Shown here in pieces: positions 36,003 to 45,202 of a DNA stretch of 64,000 nt. The notes beneath the pieces were generated by a model. The model searched no databases and was not told where the DNA came from. It saw only the letters and a program-made list of their open reading frames with translations. The DNA lies in NCBI GenBank assembly GCA_020723065.1, contig DYJP01000002.1:7464-71463 (forward strand), read 5' to 3'. The position numbers and the translations under genes are program-made. The number at the start of each line of letters is the position of its first letter. Position 1 is the stretch's first letter. The DNA comes from Candidatus Micrarchaeum sp. Lineage in GTDB: Archaea > Micrarchaeota > Micrarchaeia > CABMEP01.

Positions 36003-37688
36003 TTAAACTATTTTCACCAAATCTCTTGCAACATTAAAGATGAATAGAGTTATTGGCAGAAACAAGATGAAATAACCTATAAATGTCCTTAACCTTCCTT
36101 CCTGGAACGCTATGAAAATCGAGGCCAGCAACACATATATAACCAGATATGCCTGAACCGCTTCAAAAGAAGCGGAAAGCACCGCATTCTTAAATTCCAA
36201 CGAAGTCGCATCCTGTCCGGGGGGCTGTATTCCAGAGATAATACCCAATATAACCGACAGAATGATCGGAACCATTATGCATCCGCCAACAAGTATGGTG
36301 TACTTTTGCAAGGACAGAGACGACGCTTGCTCCTTGGTCAACATGTTGAGCTCAAATATGTCTTCGGCGGTTTCCTTTATTGCATGATGGACGTCCTTTC
36401 CGGTCTTATAACACTGAATAAGAAGTGAAATGACGCGATCCAAAAGTATCGAATGGTTCCTGTCCTTCATATTCAACAACGCATGAATTGGATTTATCCC
36501 GATTTTTATCTGCCTTTCAGCTTTTTTAAACTCTTTAGACAAAGAATGGTAACCTGAATCCCCGATGTTTTGTATTATTTTCTCCATAGGGATCCCAAAT
36601 TCCAATGTGGCTGCATAAAGCAACGCATCCGGAAGATACTGCTCAATCTCATTTGACCGCCTTTCGATAAACCACAGCAGAACTAAGTAGACGATAACAG
36701 GAATGAAAAGAATAAGGAGACAGTATATACTGAAAAAAACAGCTGCTGAAATTGCAACGACAGAAGAAACAACGGAAACGGCAATAATGAAATCTTTGAA
36801 CTTTACGTCCAATCCGAGATTTCGAAGCTCTTCATTAAGCATTAGTATTTCGCGCTTAGAAAACAGTGGTTCGGAAACGTTCGTAAGCACGGAAGGAGTG
36901 GAATATTTAATATAAAATATAAGTAGGATTTCAACAACAGGAAATACGAAAATAAATATGAACCAAATGTCCGAAGGCGAAGTCGGAGAGTCGAGATACA
37001 ATCCAGCCACAACCACATAAGCAAGGTACATCGTTGGTGCTATTGCCGATACGGCAATGAACATCAGGCTCATGAAATTAAGCTTAGCTGAAAACTCCTT
37101 GAAACGGAAGCGCTGGGAATTGATCAATTCGTCTGCACTGTGCTTTAATTCTGAACCGTCCAATCCTTCTAAATACACGTGAATCAGCTGAACTATAAGC
37201 TTCTTTACTATCTGTGAATCTACCCTATCGGCCATTTGCCTTAAGGAATCCGGAATAGTGGCTCCTCCTTCCACCATGTTTACGACTTTCTTGAACTCAT
37301 AAGAACATTGATAATTGGAGTCTGCAACATTCTTCAGAGCAGATTCGAAAGGAACTTTCATGTTGATTTGAATTCCTATAGAACGTATTGCAATTGGAAG
37401 ATCTGATTCGATGCGCATCGCCCTAGATTTGGCAAATTTCATAGGAAGTCGCTTAAATATTAAGAAAAATAATAGAGAAAGTACTGCCGCAAGTACTATG
37501 GATGAGATAATATCGAAATATCCGATCTGCTGCGCAAATGCAGAGAACAATAAGCCTAGGATAACACTTCCAAATGAGATATACCGCAGATACTGGCTTA
37601 CTGAAAATGGAAAGTCCGATTTATACAATGAAATGCTCAGTTCCCTTTTCAGATCTGAAACATACTGTTTTTCTTGGCCATTCTCCAA
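36003..37688 (-). CDS. FlaJ/TadC-like polytopic membrane protein (type II secretion F-domain family), pilus assembly platform
   Basis: 561-aa multi-TM protein immediately downstream of, and co-oriented with, the FlaI-like ATPase. It has two cytoplasmic helical domains between TM blocks, as in FlaJ/TadC. Confidence 0.6.
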   Translation of the reverse strand: MENGQEKQYVSDLKRELSISLYKSDFPFSVSQYLRYISFGSVILGLLFSAFAQQIGYFDIISSIVLAAVLSLLFFLIFKRLPMKFAKSRAMRIESDLPIAIRSIGIQINMKVPFESALKNVADSNYQCSYEFKKVVNMVEGGATIPDSLRQMADRVDSQIVKKLIVQLIHVYLEGLDGSELKHSADELINSQRFRFKEFSAKLNFMSLMFIAVSAIAPTMYLAYVVVAGLYLDSPTSPSDIWFIFIFVFPVVEILLIFYIKYSTPSVLTNVSEPLFSKREILMLNEELRNLGLDVKFKDFIIAVSVVSSVVAISAAVFFSIYCLLILFIPVIVYLVLLWFIERRSNEIEQYLPDALLYAATLEFGIPMEKIIQNIGDSGYHSLSKEFKKAERQIKIGINPIHALLNMKDRNHSILLDRVISLLIQCYKTGKDVHHAIKETAEDIFELNMLTKEQASSLSLQKYTILVGGCIMVPIILSVILGIISGIQPPGQDATSLEFKNAVLSASFEAVQAYLVIYVLLASIFIAFQEGRLRTFIGYFILFLPITLFIFNVARDLVKIV

Positions 37689-37702
37689 AATTTACCACGA
37701 CC

Positions 37703-39091
37703 TTATTCCGGCTTAGAATTTTTAGCCTGAATGTTTGAAAATAACCTTTCCTGAATAGCAAAAACAGAAGTGTTGAAATCGCTGTACTGCAGGTTCTCCA
37801 GAAATTTCTTTCGCATATTCAACTCTTCCTCCAATTCACTCATGCTCAAGCCAAAATTATCTGAAATCTCTTCAAATTTCTGCGAATTCTCAACTGAACC
37901 TTCCATAATGCTGGTTTTTCTATTCAATTCGAAAACTTTATTTATGGATCCGTCGCTCTGAATTTCTGATATTTCGATTCCCTTTCGCTCCTCCCAGTAT
38001 TTCCGTTCTGCTGGGTCATACCTCATTAATCTTCGTTGTACTATAATAAAATCCATGGAATTAAGATCGTGTTTTGAAATTCCAAGCGATACCATCCTCT
38101 TCAACACCTCTTCTGAAGATTGTGCATGAAATGTCGCATAACTTCCTCTGGCCTGCCCACTCAAAATTGTTTCTATGAAGGCATCTGTTTCTTCTTTTGT
38201 TCGGATTTCACCTACAATTACCCGGTCCGGTCTCATCCTAAGGCTATCTTCCACTAAATGCTTCATGTCTATTTTCAATTCTGAGTTCGAAAGCAACTTT
38301 ATTTTATGTGGATGGGGAATATTAATTTCTGGCGTCTCCTCTATGATTAAAATTCGATCAGAAAGTGGAACAAAAGAAAATAAAGCATTGAGGGTGGTCG
38401 TCTTTCCGCTTGCAGTATTTCCAGAGATAAGAACATTATAGTCCGATTGAAAAACAAGCGAAAGAAATGCTATGGCTTCAGGAGAATAAGTACGTTTGTT
38501 GAACAACTCCGTGGGAGTAATCGGATTGTTCCTAAATTTTCGTATGGTCATCTCTACGTTTGAGATTGGAGGAATAGATGCATGAAGTCTTGAACCGTCT
38601 GGCAAAACTGCATTGATTTTCGGGTTCTGATATGTTATTCTCCTACCCACACTTCTGGCAATCTTATTTATGACTGCAATAACAACATCCTGATTTCGAA
38701 AAGAAAGATTCGAAGCAATCCAACCCTTACCGATAAAATATACATAAACTGGTTTGTTTACTCCGATTATCGCTATTTCTTCTATATTTTTGTCCAACAG
38801 GAACTCGTCCAATCCGTTATAGCCGGAGATATTATAAACTAGATATTCAGTTATGTATTTCTCCTGGTCATGGTCTAAAGAAATATTATGGTATTTACAA
38901 TAATCCACAAGAAGCTCCGCTGCCTCTCTTCTTATGTTCTTTAGAGAAATGTCTTTATTTTTTGAAACCTCTTTGAACTGGTTTGAAATTTCGACAATTA
39001 GGTTTTCTTCGTTTTTAGAAATTGGAGGGATTGATAGAGTATATTCGGCTTTTTCTTTTAGAATCTCCCATCCTAACATAGCCAACCTCAT
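37703..39091 (-). CDS. Type II/IV secretion system ATPase (FlaI/VirB11/GspE family), pilus assembly ATPase
   Basis: Walker A GNTASGKTT, Walker B/Asp box LIIEETPE, and an archaeal FlaI-like N-domain. Confidence 0.8.
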   Translation of the reverse strand: MRLAMLGWEILKEKAEYTLSIPPISKNEENLIVEISNQFKEVSKNKDISLKNIRREAAELLVDYCKYHNISLDHDQEKYITEYLVYNISGYNGLDEFLLDKNIEEIAIIGVNKPVYVYFIGKGWIASNLSFRNQDVVIAVINKIARSVGRRITYQNPKINAVLPDGSRLHASIPPISNVEMTIRKFRNNPITPTELFNKRTYSPEAIAFLSLVFQSDYNVLISGNTASGKTTTLNALFSFVPLSDRILIIEETPEINIPHPHKIKLLSNSELKIDMKHLVEDSLRMRPDRVIVGEIRTKEETDAFIETILSGQARGSYATFHAQSSEEVLKRMVSLGISKHDLNSMDFIIVQRRLMRYDPAERKYWEERKGIEISEIQSDGSINKVFELNRKTSIMEGSVENSQKFEEISDNFGLSMSELEEELNMRKKFLENLQYSDFNTSVFAIQERLFSNIQAKNSKPE

Positions 39092-39100
39092 AGAAAGAAA

Positions 39101-39814
39101 TTACTTTCCAAATCTCCTTTCTCTATGTTTATATTCCTCAATTGCTGTATAAATATCTTTCTTTTGAATTTCCGGCCAGAGTTTTTTAGAAAAATAGAAT
39201 TCTGTATACACTGACTGCCAAGGCAAGAATCCACTGACTCGTTTTTCACCACCAGCCCTAAAAATCAAATCTGGATCCCTAATGTCCGGAGCATATAGAT
39301 AGTTCCTGAACGAGATTTCATCTATCCTTTCAATCTTTCCCTTCTTCGCATCGGAAATTATCTTGTTGACTGAATCGACTATCTCCTTCTTGCCACCGTA
39401 GTTGCAGAGTATGGCAAGCGTATACTTAACATTCTTGGATGTTCTCGACTCAATCTTCTGCATTTTTTCCTGCAAGTTAGAAGGAAATACGGCTTTATCA
39501 CCAATGAAACGGATACGAACCTCTTTTCTCAGTTTTTCGAATTCTTTTGAATTAAGAAGATTGTCAAGCATTATATTAAAAAGATCGAAAAGCGCATCCA
39601 CCTCTTCCTTACTGCGCTTCAAATTTTCAGTTGAAAGTATCCATATGGAGATAGTGTCTATATTGAGGCCCTTGCACCATTCGACAAGCTTTTTCAACTT
39701 CTCAATTCCGGCTCGGTGTCCTTCCTTGGTGGACTTGTTATGCTTTTTAGCCCACCTTCTATTTCCATCTGGAATTATAGCAATATGAATCTTGTTTTTT
39801 TCTCTTTTTACCAT
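39101..39814 (-). CDS. uppS: Undecaprenyl/di-trans,poly-cis-polyprenyl diphosphate synthase (cis-prenyltransferase)
   Basis: HIAIIPDGNRRWAKK and the ...RFGK C-terminus are canonical UppS motifs. Confidence 0.85.
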   Translation of the reverse strand: MVKREKNKIHIAIIPDGNRRWAKKHNKSTKEGHRAGIEKLKKLVEWCKGLNIDTISIWILSTENLKRSKEEVDALFDLFNIMLDNLLNSKEFEKLRKEVRIRFIGDKAVFPSNLQEKMQKIESRTSKNVKYTLAILCNYGGKKEIVDSVNKIISDAKKGKIERIDEISFRNYLYAPDIRDPDLIFRAGGEKRVSGFLPWQSVYTEFYFSKKLWPEIQKKDIYTAIEEYKHRERRFGK

Positions 39815-39837
39815 CTAATCACTTCATAAAAATTAAA

Positions 39838-40476
39838 TTAAATGAAGATATAGGCCAAAACGCCAGAAACCAAAGTACATATGAAGTTGGATGTACTCTT
39901 CGTACCTATTCCTTTTTCTTCGAATACTCCTGCAATCGAATCCGCAACGCTTCCAAATAAGCCGAACAGCCCAATAAGAAGAATAGATATAGGTGCATAA
40001 TTATAAAAGAAAAAACCAGCTATACCGATTATGAGTGCTCCCACGAACGAAAGGTAAGTACCTAAGATGGAAATAGCTCCAGAGGTTCCCTGCCTTACAG
40101 TCTTGAAGGAACCGAGCGAAAGCGGATTGGGAGAGAGAACTCCCAATTCAGAACCGAATTTGTCGGCCATTGCCCCCGCAAACGCGCCGATATATGCCGC
40201 AATCCAAGCTGAATTCCCAGTGATATAATAAGCGCCACATGAAATAAGTGGAAACAGCGAATTAGAAAGAACGTTCTGCCAGCTTCTCTCGTGTTCGTAA
40301 ACTCCTTTCTCTTTCTTTTCTTCATACATGTATTTCGTTATTGCAATACCAATTATTAAAAAAATAAGGGCTATAGCAAGATTCTGAATCGCATAGCTTC
40401 CAGACATTGCAAATACAAAGAAAGCGGCGACTAATACTGCAGCAATACCTACTGCATCTAATAAAAGAAATCTCAT
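39838..40476 (-). CDS. Integral membrane protein (possibly DUF92/TMEM19-like)
   Basis: 212 aa, 6-7 TM helices and glycine-rich segments (RQGTSGAISILGTYLSFVGA). Confidence 0.4.
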   Translation of the reverse strand: MRFLLLDAVGIAAVLVAAFFVFAMSGSYAIQNLAIALIFLIIGIAITKYMYEEKKEKGVYEHERSWQNVLSNSLFPLISCGAYYITGNSAWIAAYIGAFAGAMADKFGSELGVLSPNPLSLGSFKTVRQGTSGAISILGTYLSFVGALIIGIAGFFFYNYAPISILLIGLFGLFGSVADSIAGVFEEKGIGTKSTSNFICTLVSGVLAYIFI

Positions 40477-40500
40477 TTAATCACTGAAGTTTCGGAAAAT

Positions 40501-41508
40501 TCAACCTATTCCATCTACAGATATTATGTCATCATCTATTTTAAATTCTATTCCAGTAAATAGCGGAATCACATCAAGACACGAGAGTATATGACCAGTA
40601 ATCTTTGGTACCTTGATCTTTGAAGCTCCCTTTGCTAACGCCATATATATTAGAAGTTGGTCTCCCATCCATTGGTCCACAGTCGCCTTCGATTTTATCT
40701 GCTTATTAAGCTTTCTGGCACTAGATGAACCCAATTCTTCTGCTGGAAGACCTTTTTTTCCAAGCGAATCTACTCCGATGATTGTATTATCATATTCCGC
40801 CCACAAAGTAAGAGAAGTTCCCATAGAACCGGATGGTTTCATTTTCTTATTATAAATTACACCAGGAAATACCTCCCTCACTCCCTTTTCCTCCCTTGTA
40901 AGAATATCTTCAGGAAGATTCGACTGGCTTGCATATCCATTTATGGAAATAAGGTCGGATTTCTCCAAAAGTTCTATCGAATTTAATTTTGAGGGTTTTG
41001 TATAAAGGATTACCTTCCCACCTCCTTTTGGATACCAGCCGAATTCCTGTATCTCTAACTCGGCGTTCACACCCATTTTCCTTACCATGGGCAAAAAAAC
41101 ATTGCTGTAATAGTCGATGGTTGGAGAATGAGGAACGTGGGTGCCGCCCATCAAAGTAAGGTTTGACTGCCGATCTGCGAAAACAAGCAAAGGAAGAAGA
41201 GATTGCATGAGAAGAGTTATTGAACCCGCCGTTCCGATGTCGAAAGTATAGTAGCCCCCGGTTATGTTTAAAGGAGAGAATGAAAGCTCGGTCGAACCTA
41301 TCTTGGCCCCATCCACAACCGCTCTAGAGATATATGAAATGGCATTCACACTCGTAAGATGTTGAGCTTGAAGGCCCGGTTTGGACCTATTCGCGCGAAT
41401 ATTTTCAATCTTGAATGGCTTCTTTGTTATGCAAGACAAGGCTAAAGCTAGTCTAAGGATCTGTCCGCCTCCTTCACCTTTCGAGCCGTCTATCGTAATA
41501 CTCTCCAT
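40501..41508 (-). CDS. rtcA: RNA 3'-terminal phosphate cyclase
   Basis: N-terminal IDGSKGEGGGQILRLALALS motif and the catalytic His region of the RtcA family. Confidence 0.8.
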   Translation of the reverse strand: MESITIDGSKGEGGGQILRLALALSCITKKPFKIENIRANRSKPGLQAQHLTSVNAISYISRAVVDGAKIGSTELSFSPLNITGGYYTFDIGTAGSITLLMQSLLPLLVFADRQSNLTLMGGTHVPHSPTIDYYSNVFLPMVRKMGVNAELEIQEFGWYPKGGGKVILYTKPSKLNSIELLEKSDLISINGYASQSNLPEDILTREEKGVREVFPGVIYNKKMKPSGSMGTSLTLWAEYDNTIIGVDSLGKKGLPAEELGSSSARKLNKQIKSKATVDQWMGDQLLIYMALAKGASKIKVPKITGHILSCLDVIPLFTGIEFKIDDDIISVDGIG

Positions 41509-41833
41509 GTTTAATCACTAAGGATAATTGTGAATAGAAAAAGGCCAGCGCAGAGCGCTGGCGAGGCGACCAATTTGAGGCAGATGTACAAAATTCGAAT
41601 GTACCCTCTACTAATAGAATAGTCTATTATATTTATAAATATTGCGGTTTCGATTAAATTTATATATAAATTTTGTTGTTTATCCTTAATTCTCTAACTT
41701 CCACTAAAAAAATGAATTACGACGAAAATGAAAAAGGGGAAACTTCCAATATTTTAAACAGTTAAAAAAATAGAAAATATTAAAGATTTATAACCCGAAA
41801 AAAAAGGAAAAAGGCACTTGTTTTAGTGATCAG

Positions 41834-43042
41834 ATGAAACTTGATGATTTGAACTATTTATCGAAATTGCAAGGTTGCGGCGGCCGAAGGGGCGAGAAAC
41901 CAGAAGATTTCAACGTAGAAGAGATAATCGATGGCAAAAGAGTGTCTATGCTGAAGAGGCCCGAAGGAAACGGGCTTAAGGAGTACATCTATTTTGTTTT
42001 AACCAAGAAAGGAATCACTACGGAAGACGCGTTGACCGCGATTGCCAAAGAATTGAAAATAGGTCGCGAACGCCTGAATGTTGCAGGACAGAAGGACAAA
42101 AATGCGATAACGACCCAGCTCGTTTCTTGCTGGAGTGGAGTAACGGGCGGAAAAAACGTGGAGATTTCCCCTTCCAAAATTGTCAATGTCAAAAATTTAA
42201 AGGACATAAGTATCCATAATCCATTTTATTCAAGTGAAAAACTCAAAATTGGTGATTTAACGGGAAATGCGTTCAAAATACGCTTAACTGGAGTGAGAAA
42301 AAAAGAGCAGATAGAAAAAATAATCAAGGATAATAATAGTATGGTTCCGAATTATTTCGGACCGCAGAGATTCGGCATGAAACAAAACAATGCCACGGTC
42401 GCAAGATACATCCTTCTTAAACAGTACAGAAATGCGGTTTACGCCTTCCTGGCGGAAAATGAGAAAGAATTTTTAGAACTTAATGAAAATGGAATAAGTG
42501 AAGAATACCTGTCGGGTCTTAGAAAGGGAAGCTATGAATGGCTCGTTGGAAGGCACCTTCTCGACCACGAAGGAGAATATCTTTCTGCGATCAAGAAAAT
42601 ACCTAGGACTGTAAAAAAACTCATAGTCCAATCCTATCAGTCCTACCTATTCAACTTGGAACTTAGCGAACGAATAAGGAGAAATCAGCTCTCTCCATTG
42701 GAAGGTGAAAAAACCTGCGGTTTCAATAAATACGGTTTCATAGATCCTGAAGCCACTGGAAGTGCGGTTACGGTCGGAAAAATAATTGGCTATAACACAA
42801 AGGCAAATGAGATAACTTCAAACATACTTTGGAACGAAGGAGTAGAACTTGGAGATTTCAAATTCAGGGACCTACCGGAGTTGGCAAGCGAGGGTTTCGA
42901 ACGCCCGCTCTTGATAAATGTTAAGGATTTAAAGGTTGAGAGAGAAACTAAAAGCAAAACGGTCTTAATCTTTTTTGAACTTCCAAAAGGCGGATATGCC
43001 ACTAGCGTTTTACGGGAAATTACCGCACTGAAAAGACAGTGA
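41834..43042 (+). CDS. truD: tRNA pseudouridine(13) synthase TruD/Pus7 family
   Basis: NYFGPQRFG motif with catalytic Asp context. Confidence 0.75.
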   Translation: MKLDDLNYLSKLQGCGGRRGEKPEDFNVEEIIDGKRVSMLKRPEGNGLKEYIYFVLTKKGITTEDALTAIAKELKIGRERLNVAGQKDKNAITTQLVSCWSGVTGGKNVEISPSKIVNVKNLKDISIHNPFYSSEKLKIGDLTGNAFKIRLTGVRKKEQIEKIIKDNNSMVPNYFGPQRFGMKQNNATVARYILLKQYRNAVYAFLAENEKEFLELNENGISEEYLSGLRKGSYEWLVGRHLLDHEGEYLSAIKKIPRTVKKLIVQSYQSYLFNLELSERIRRNQLSPLEGEKTCGFNKYGFIDPEATGSAVTVGKIIGYNTKANEITSNILWNEGVELGDFKFRDLPELASEGFERPLLINVKDLKVERETKSKTVLIFFELPKGGYATSVLREITALKRQ

Positions 43043-43048
43043 TACTTA

Positions 43049-44227
43049 ATGAATCTTGAACCGAACCGAATAGTTGAATACGTCATGATGTTCTGTGTCT
43101 TATTCTTCACTACTGTAATGCTATTGATATATCTGAGACATAGGAAAGACCTAAATCGAACAAAAAGAACGAACTTCGAACCCACCATCAGCGTAATAAT
43201 CCCTGCTTATAACGAAGAAGAAACGATCGTCGACACCATAAGATCCGTGCTAGCATCAGAATACCCGAAAAACAAGCTGGAGATAATAGTGGTGAACGAC
43301 GGATCGAAAGACCGGACATCCGAATCGGTCAAACAAATAAAGGACAAGCGAGTCAAATTGCTCAACAAGGAAAACAGCGGAAAGGCGAATTCCCTTAATT
43401 ACGGGATAAAGAGGGCCAGCGGAGAGATAATCATCACTCTCGATGCAGACTCCTATATCGAACCTCAAAGCATAAGGAAAATGCTCGCTTATTTTAATGA
43501 CGATGTTGCGGCAGTGACATCTGCCGTCAAAGTGAAGGAAGAAAGTAACGCGAATTTTTTGGAAAAGCTTCAGAAGCTTGAATATTTGTTTACAATATTC
43601 AACAGAAGACTGTTCGCCATGATAAATGGGGTTTATGTCACCCCCGGACCGTTCAGCGCGTTTAGAAGAGAAATTTTTGACGAAATCGGAGGCTTTGATC
43701 CGAACAATATTATGGAGGATCAAGAAATAGCGCTTAGGATACAGGCCGCAAATTACAGGATCGAAAGCTGCATGGATGCGGTGGTTTATACTGATGTCCC
43801 GAAGGATTTCTCTTCTTTCATGAAGCAGAGGGAGAGGTGGCACAGGGGAGGATTCAGGAACGTAATGAAATACAGCTACACTATAAGCCCGAAATACGGG
43901 GACTTCGGCCTTTTCGTAATGCTATACAGCATCCTTTCAATCGCTTTGCTCATCATCGTCTCTATAATGGTAGCTACCGCATTATCGAAGGGAAACATGT
44001 TCTTCTTGGAAAATCCAATGCTGTATGTAGAACCGATACACATCATATCCGCAATAGTCTTCATAGTAACTATAGCATGGACTGTCATAGCATTGAAGGA
44101 AATGAAGGAAATGAATGTGAAGAAGAGATACATTATCGCATACACAATACTCTATTGCTACCTGATAACATTGTTCATGTTCATAGCAATATTTAAAGAA
44201 TTGAAGGGAGAAAAACAAACTTGGTAA
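43049..44227 (+). CDS. Processive family-2 glycosyltransferase (NodC/chitin-synthase/CesA-like) with C-terminal TM helices
   Basis: N-terminal TM, then IIPAYNEEETI (DXD context), DADSYIEP and QRERWHRG (QxxRW), followed by 3-4 C-terminal TM helices. Confidence 0.75.
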   Translation: MNLEPNRIVEYVMMFCVLFFTTVMLLIYLRHRKDLNRTKRTNFEPTISVIIPAYNEEETIVDTIRSVLASEYPKNKLEIIVVNDGSKDRTSESVKQIKDKRVKLLNKENSGKANSLNYGIKRASGEIIITLDADSYIEPQSIRKMLAYFNDDVAAVTSAVKVKEESNANFLEKLQKLEYLFTIFNRRLFAMINGVYVTPGPFSAFRREIFDEIGGFDPNNIMEDQEIALRIQAANYRIESCMDAVVYTDVPKDFSSFMKQRERWHRGGFRNVMKYSYTISPKYGDFGLFVMLYSILSIALLIIVSIMVATALSKGNMFFLENPMLYVEPIHIISAIVFIVTIAWTVIALKEMKEMNVKKRYIIAYTILYCYLITLFMFIAIFKELKGEKQTW

Positions 44228-44886
44228 AAAGAGGTCATAGTATGGTGCTTAAAAAAATAGAAAGAAAAATCAGCTGGGACCTGTACTTAACTGCATTTGT
44301 AATATCTGTTGTCGTATTTGCAATCGGAGTATGGGTTGGACTCCAGATTGAAATCGAAGCAAGCCGGCAAATGTCAAACTTAATAGATCAGACAAGCAAT
44401 GGAATGATTGCAATAAGCAACATCCTTCTAATGGAAAAAGACCCTTCGTTCTGCACTTATCTTGAAGAAGAAATGATGATTTTTGATTCCGAAACTTATT
44501 CCTTGGGGAGGCAAATAGGCTCCATGGAAGAGAGAAGGGGGGTCGAAGACTCATTGAAAATAAAATACATGGACCTGGAATTCAGGGACTATCTGCTTTC
44601 GAAAGGCATTAATGAACGTTGCAGCCTAAATCAGAACATAGTCCTTTACTTTGTTTCAAGCTCGGATTGCGCCAGTTGCAAGCAGCAGGGAGAAGAGCTT
44701 AGCCTTGCAAGAGAGCAAACGAACACCAAAGTATATACGTTTGATATCGGCATGAACTCGAGCCTGGTGAATTCCCTTAAGGAAAAGTATTTGATTGACT
44801 CTGTTCCATCTATGGTGATCAATGAAAACAGATACGAAGGATACAGGTCTGCAAGCGAATTAATATCTGTTTTGAATTCAAAGTGA
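44221..44886 (+). CDS. Membrane-anchored thioredoxin-like protein
   Basis: N-terminal TM helix. CASC (CxxC) lies in a Trx-like context (LYFVSSSDCASCKQQ). Confidence 0.4.
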   Translation: MVKRGHSMVLKKIERKISWDLYLTAFVISVVVFAIGVWVGLQIEIEASRQMSNLIDQTSNGMIAISNILLMEKDPSFCTYLEEEMMIFDSETYSLGRQIGSMEERRGVEDSLKIKYMDLEFRDYLLSKGINERCSLNQNIVLYFVSSSDCASCKQQGEELSLAREQTNTKVYTFDIGMNSSLVNSLKEKYLIDSVPSMVINENRYEGYRSASELISVLNSK

Positions 44887-44890
44887 GAAA

Positions 44891-45196
44891 ATGGTCCTGA
44901 TAAAGATAATGAAAAATAAAGGAGAAACTGTGGTTTCTCTTTGTGACAAGGAACTACTAGGAAAAGTATACAAAGATGAAAAATACTGCTTGGACCTAGT
45001 GAAATACAAACAATTTTATGAGGGAGAATCGATAGAAGAATACGATGATCTGAAAAAGGCTCTAAAATCCGCATCTTCCATTAATGCAGTCGGTGAAAAA
45101 TCAATAAGGATTCTTAAAAGATACGGATTTGAAATTTCTAATGCCAAAAAAATTGGAAAGGAAAAGATATCTCATATACAGATTTACATGATTTAA
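44891..45196 (+). CDS. DUF424-family archaeal protein
   Basis: MVLIKIMKNKGETVVSLCDKELLGKVY... matches the DUF424 N-terminal pattern. Confidence 0.5.
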   Translation: MVLIKIMKNKGETVVSLCDKELLGKVYKDEKYCLDLVKYKQFYEGESIEEYDDLKKALKSASSINAVGEKSIRILKRYGFEISNAKKIGKEKISHIQIYMI

Positions 45197-45202
45197 CAAG
45201 AT

